Positions 60,011 through 64,000 of a DNA stretch of 64,000 nt are shown here, piece by piece (position 1 is the stretch's first letter; the number at the start of each line of letters is the position of its first letter). The stretch is taken from positions 7,838 through 71,837 of the forward strand of contig CAYUPH010000004.1 of assembly GCA_964446625.1 (NCBI GenBank), written 5' to 3'. A model generated the notes under the pieces. It did not search any database. It had not been told where the DNA came from and saw only the letters and a list, made by a program, of their open reading frames with translations. The DNA is from an uncultured Candidatus Saccharibacteria bacterium. Its GTDB lineage: Bacteria > Patescibacteriota > Minisyncoccia > Phycocordibacterales > CAIRYW01. Both the position numbers and the translations under genes were made by a program.

Positions 60011-60724
60011 ATGACAGTCGGCGAATTGATATACCAACAAATGAAGGATGGGTACATTCCCACAGCCCCACTCTCGGATGGGTTTATTTCGGCTGTGACG
60101 AGGAGCGCCGAGGAATCCCAGAAACTCGTAGAGACGATGCGGATACCGATGGAGAATATGCAGAGGACGCTTGAAAGAATACGCCCAAGCCTTGAGGCGA
60201 TGAATAACATAATCCCGAGGAGCCTAGCAATAGCCCCATCATTTATTCCTTCCCTATACGAAGAGGAGGACGAAGATCTCATCATCCCCGCACTCAATGG
60301 ATCGGTTCAGGAGTATGTCGTGGAGGATGCGGATGTCACCCCAGCAAGGGTTGAGCGAGCGATTTCCTCCTACCTTCTTCCTGGCAACGCCCAGTGGGGT
60401 TCGCTCATGTTTCATTTTCTCGATGGACACACTGTCCGTGTCTCGCACCCAGACATGCCCACAAAGAAATTCACCTATACGGAAATGGGTTTTGTGAACG
60501 AGAAAACGATGCTACCGGACAGAAAATGGGAAATGCTTCGAGCGATTGCTGATCGCGGCGGCTCACTCACCAAAGACAGCTGGGATTATCGCTTCCACCG
60601 CAACATAAAGTACGAACTCAACGAGGGTCTCAAGCGATTCTTCGGCATGACCGAGAACCCAATTCCTCGATACACTCGTCGGGACGGATACATGACACTC
60701 TTTGTCATTCGCGGAGACCGATAG
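60011..60724 (+). CDS. Hypothetical protein, possible C-terminal winged-helix DNA-binding domain
   Basis: 237-aa ORF with TATAAT and AGGAG upstream, terminator downstream. Confidence 0.7.
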   Translation: MTVGELIYQQMKDGYIPTAPLSDGFISAVTRSAEESQKLVETMRIPMENMQRTLERIRPSLEAMNNIIPRSLAIAPSFIPSLYEEEDEDLIIPALNGSVQEYVVEDADVTPARVERAISSYLLPGNAQWGSLMFHFLDGHTVRVSHPDMPTKKFTYTEMGFVNEKTMLPDRKWEMLRAIADRGGSLTKDSWDYRFHRNIKYELNEGLKRFFGMTENPIPRYTRRDGYMTLFVIRGDR

Positions 60725-60747
60725 TCATCCTAGAAAAAATGACGATG

Positions 60748-60784
60748 CAAAAGACCTTTCACCGCTTTGGTAAAAGGTCTTTTG
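60748..60784 (+). terminator. Terminator-like hairpin
   Basis: CAAAAGACCTTTCACC-gcttt-GGTAAAAGGTCTTTTG. Confidence 0.65.
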
Positions 60785-60901
60785 TTTGAGCGCTGATTTT
60801 GTCATTCATCGTCATTCGTGCGCGGGAAATTGTCATTTCATCATCGGATGACGAATAGGGGTAGAAGAGCATTACTAAGACCCTCTTCTGAAATTAACCC
60901 C

Positions 60902-62197
60902 ATGGCAAAAGAAAAGATCATATGGTCGCCCGCCACTCGCAAGCTCGGCGACCTGATCAAGAACGGATACAATCCGCGAAAGTTAAGCGAGAACGAACGC
61001 AGGGACTTGGAGAAGTCCGTGCAGGAATTCGGCACGGTCGTCCCGATTGTCCTCAATATCGGCACAAGAGCCAACACCATCATCGGCGGCGAACAGCGCG
61101 TGAAGGTGTATGCAGACCTCGGCATCGAGGAGATCGAGTGTATGGTGCCGTCGAGAGAGCTGTCGCTCGAGGAGGAGCGCGAACTCAACCTTCGCCTCAA
61201 TAAGAATACTGGCTCGTGGGATGAGGAACTCCTCAAGGACTTCGACATGAACGTGCTTCTTGATGTCGGCTTCGGCGACGAAGAGCTTCAGAATCTCTTT
61301 GATGACGTTGACGTGGTCGACGACGACTTTGATGTCGAGAAGGCACTCAAGGAGACGATCACTCCTAAAGTTAAGACTGGTGAGATCTGGGAACTCGGTA
61401 AGCACCGATTGTTTGTCGGTGACTCGACCGATGGCGAGTTGGTACAGAAGCTCATGGCTGGCGACCTCGCCGACATCGTGTACTGCGACCCGCCATACAA
61501 CATCGGACTCGACTACTCAAAAGGTGTCGGCAACAAAGAAAAGTACCAAGGATCGTACTCCGGCAAGGATGACTCGAAGAAGGACAGCGAATACATGGAC
61601 TTCCTCAACAAGAGCATGGAAGTGGCGAAGAGCGTCTCGAAGAAAGATGCCCACCTCTTCTACTGGTGCGACTCCTCATACATCGGGATGGTGCAGAGTC
61701 TGTACGCCAAGCACAAGGTGAACGCGAAGCGCGTCTGCCTATGGCTCAAGAATAATCAGAACCCCACCCCGAAGATTGCCTTCAACAAGATGTACGAGCC
61801 GTGCGTGTACGGAACGATCGGCAAGCCGTACCTGAACACCGGCATGAACAACGCCAACGAAATCCTCAATCAGGAGGTCACCACCGGCAATCAGGTGCAT
61901 GACGAGATATTCGACATGATCGACATCTGGATCGAGAAGCGCGACAACGCCAAGGACTACCGCCATCCAACGCAGAAGCCCGTGACCCTGAACGAGAAGC
62001 CGTTCAAGCGATGCAGTGCGCCGCTCCACATTATCTTCAGCGGATTTGCCGGAAGCGGAAGTGACCTCATTGCGGCAGAGGAACTTGGTCGTGTGTGGCG
62101 TGGGGTCGAGAAGGATCTCATCTTCGCAACCATCGTGATCGACCGATGGGAGAAGTTTACCAACCTAAAGGCCAAGAAAATCCATGAAAGCAACTAA
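60902..62197 (+). CDS. ParB-like domain fused to N4/N6 DNA methyltransferase
   Basis: YNPRK...FG.V.PIV...IIGGEQR ParB/Srx-like N-terminus; DPPYN, HPTQKP, FAGSGS. Confidence 0.9.
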   Translation: MAKEKIIWSPATRKLGDLIKNGYNPRKLSENERRDLEKSVQEFGTVVPIVLNIGTRANTIIGGEQRVKVYADLGIEEIECMVPSRELSLEEERELNLRLNKNTGSWDEELLKDFDMNVLLDVGFGDEELQNLFDDVDVVDDDFDVEKALKETITPKVKTGEIWELGKHRLFVGDSTDGELVQKLMAGDLADIVYCDPPYNIGLDYSKGVGNKEKYQGSYSGKDDSKKDSEYMDFLNKSMEVAKSVSKKDAHLFYWCDSSYIGMVQSLYAKHKVNAKRVCLWLKNNQNPTPKIAFNKMYEPCVYGTIGKPYLNTGMNNANEILNQEVTTGNQVHDEIFDMIDIWIEKRDNAKDYRHPTQKPVTLNEKPFKRCSAPLHIIFSGFAGSGSDLIAAEELGRVWRGVEKDLIFATIVIDRWEKFTNLKAKKIHESN

Positions 62198-62933
62198 GGG
62201 AGAAATCTTCAAAGTCGGCGACCACATCATCGCTTGCGGCGACTCGCTCGACAAAGCATTTGTCGGCAAGGTCATCGGCAAGCACAAGGTGCGGGCAGTC
62301 GTCACCGACCCGCCCTACGGAGTCGCCTATGTCGAGAACAAGCAGGGGCTGGTGAAAATCAGTACGGACGAGACGAAAGCTATCGCAAACGATCATCTTC
62401 AGAGCGAGGAGGAATACGAGGACTTCACGCGCGGGTATCTTGGCGCGGTCATTCCGTATCTCACGGAATATAACGCCGTCTACATCTTCAATGCCGACCC
62501 AATGTTCCCAAGCCTTCGCTCAGGCATGAAAGCCGCAGGCTTCTACTACAGCCAGATGATTATCTGGATCAAGAACCAGCCCGTGATGAGCCGCAAGGAT
62601 TACCTCTCCATGTATGAACTCATCGCATATGGCTGGTTCGGCAAGCACAAGATGGAGCGGTCGAAGGCGCGGAATGTCATCTACCATCCTCGCCCTACCA
62701 AATCGAAACTGCATCCGACACAGAAGCCGGTCGGTTTGTTGCGGAAGCTCATCCCGAACTCCACGAAGGTCGGCGACATTGTGTATGACCCCTTCCTCGG
62801 AAGCGGTTCAACCGCCGTTGCGTGTGAGCACTTAGGTCGAAAGTGCATCGGCATCGAGCTTGATTCGGCGTATGTCGAAAGCGCGATCAAGCGTCTTGAA
62901 AAACTCACCGGCGAAAAGGCGGTGAAGGTATGA
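62184..62933 (+). CDS. N4/N6 DNA methyltransferase (beta class)
   Basis: TDPPYG, HPTQKP, YDPFLGSGST. Confidence 0.92.
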   Translation: MKATKGEIFKVGDHIIACGDSLDKAFVGKVIGKHKVRAVVTDPPYGVAYVENKQGLVKISTDETKAIANDHLQSEEEYEDFTRGYLGAVIPYLTEYNAVYIFNADPMFPSLRSGMKAAGFYYSQMIIWIKNQPVMSRKDYLSMYELIAYGWFGKHKMERSKARNVIYHPRPTKSKLHPTQKPVGLLRKLIPNSTKVGDIVYDPFLGSGSTAVACEHLGRKCIGIELDSAYVESAIKRLEKLTGEKAVKV

Positions 62934-62937
62934 GTGT

Positions 62938-63312
62938 ATGCAGGGAGATGACTTTTCCAAGGATCCGTACAAAAAGCAGGTCTACGAAACCTACGCTCTT
63001 TGGAAGTCCCTCCCTTCATTTCTCAAGGGACAGCCGAGAGTCGCGCTTGAGAAGTTCGGGATTGAAGAGGAAACGATGTTCGAGTTGTTGGCGATAAAGA
63101 CACAGCTCGACTTCTCACGAAAGTACGAGGTCGATACCGGCACGCTCTCTGACTGGAACAAGCGTCTTGAAAAAGACGGACTGGTCAAAGACTTGAACGC
63201 ATGGGCGCGCAAGCTCACGCCAAACGTCATGTTCGCCCTCTATAAGAACATCATCAAGAGCGGTCGAGCGCATGAAGTACGAGCATGGTTTGAGATCGTA
63301 GAGAATTACTAA
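62938..63312 (+). CDS. Hypothetical protein with HTH-like segment
   Basis: FSRKYEVDTGTLSDWNK; tightly coupled in the operon. Confidence 0.7.
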   Translation: MQGDDFSKDPYKKQVYETYALWKSLPSFLKGQPRVALEKFGIEEETMFELLAIKTQLDFSRKYEVDTGTLSDWNKRLEKDGLVKDLNAWARKLTPNVMFALYKNIIKSGRAHEVRAWFEIVENY

Positions 63313-63313
63313 T

Positions 63314-63508
63314 ATGGAAACGATTAAACTAGAAGAGATTAATACCATTCTCTCCGACACTCTCCGCAAGGTGGTGTCGCGGGAGATATCGCTCAAGCAG
63401 GCATCCATGATCGCCAAGCTTGCCTCGGCATTGTCGCGCAACATTGCCAACACCGAGCTGAAGGAACGGGTCGAGTTCCTCGAGAGTGTGCTCCAAAAGA
63501 CGAGATAA
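63314..63508 (+). CDS. Small hypothetical protein
   Basis: 64-aa helical ORF in the operon. Confidence 0.65.
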   Translation: METIKLEEINTILSDTLRKVVSREISLKQASMIAKLASALSRNIANTELKERVEFLESVLQKTR

Positions 63509-63513
63509 CCTAT

Positions 63514-64000
63514 ATGAGAAACCTCAGCAACATCATCAAGCGTTCCAACCTCACCCCGTTCGAGCGGGTGGCGACATTGGTGCGTCACAACACTCATAAG
63601 CAGAAGACCGGCAAGGATTTGCTGACTGAAGCTCAGCTCCACAACCTCACTCAAGGATGGTCAGCCCAGAGAGGAGAAGCGAACGAGTACAACCGGTATC
63701 TTGAGATCGCTCGCTTAGAGAATTCAATGAGCATTGATGCGACGACTTTCTCGTATAAGTCTGAGCTGTCCGTAGTGCGCCAGCAGCGGGTACTCGCGTA
63801 CAGTCTTGAGAACATAAAGAAAGACAAGAAGTTCCATATTGAGATGATGATGGAGGGACTGACCGAGGAGGAGTGCCTCCGGTTTGCGCTCGCTCATACA
63901 TACCTTGATTACCGAGACACGCTTCATTTCTTCACGTTCGAGAACTTGCCGCTTGAAGTGCGGCAGGACTTGGCGCTTCTCGATGACTCGGTTGGTTTCA
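63514..64000 (+). CDS. Hypothetical protein (runs off right edge)
   Basis: Manual translation MRNLSNIIKRSNLTPFERVATLVRH... open to the window end. Confidence 0.7.
   Translation, partial: MRNLSNIIKRSNLTPFERVATLVRHNTHKQKTGKDLLTEAQLHNLTQGWSAQRGEANEYNRYLEIARLENSMSIDATTFSYKSELSVVRQQRVLAYSLENIKKDKKFHIEMMMEGLTEEECLRFALAHTYLDYRDTLHFFTFENLPLEVRQDLALLDDSVGF

Larger units (their letters stand above)
59800..64000 (+). mobile_element. Left end of a GC-rich integrated element (prophage/ICE-like)
   Basis: Abrupt GC increase and strand switch, phage-type ParB-methyltransferase pair, adjacency to tRNA-end repeats; no integrase inside the window and the boundary is approximate. Confidence 0.7.

Overview
AT-rich bacterial chromosomal window, inferred to be from a Patescibacteria/CPR (Parcubacteria-like) genome using genetic code 11. 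The inference rests on a type IV pilus locus without a secretin, CPR-style secreted repeat proteins, and many -10 boxes directly in front of start codons. Almost all genes are on the minus strand. From left to right it holds: surface/secreted proteins (two paralogous beta-propellers, PG-binding proteins); a two-component cluster; a lexA-like gene with a Y-family polymerase behind a clear SOS box; an accessory stretch of single genes (methyltransferases, NUDIX, a GC-rich purM, a proteasome-beta/HslV-like protein); housekeeping genes (pyrG, ftsEX, prfB, gatCA, ligA) with five tRNAs; a complete pilM-N-O-B-T-C/pilin/pilD locus plus comF; and, from about 59.9 kb, the left end of a GC-rich integrated element carrying two DNA methyltransferases. 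The most striking unexplained signal is a family of modular non-coding hairpin elements at 38.5-39.05 kb and 59.5-59.8 kb. They are built from direct and inverted copies of a tRNA 3' end and share hairpins with compensatory base changes and identically placed bulged bases. Their decayed copies delimit single low-GC genes, which suggests a tRNA-anchored, structure-recognised cassette or repeat system. All calls are by eye and GC statements are visual impressions, not computed values.
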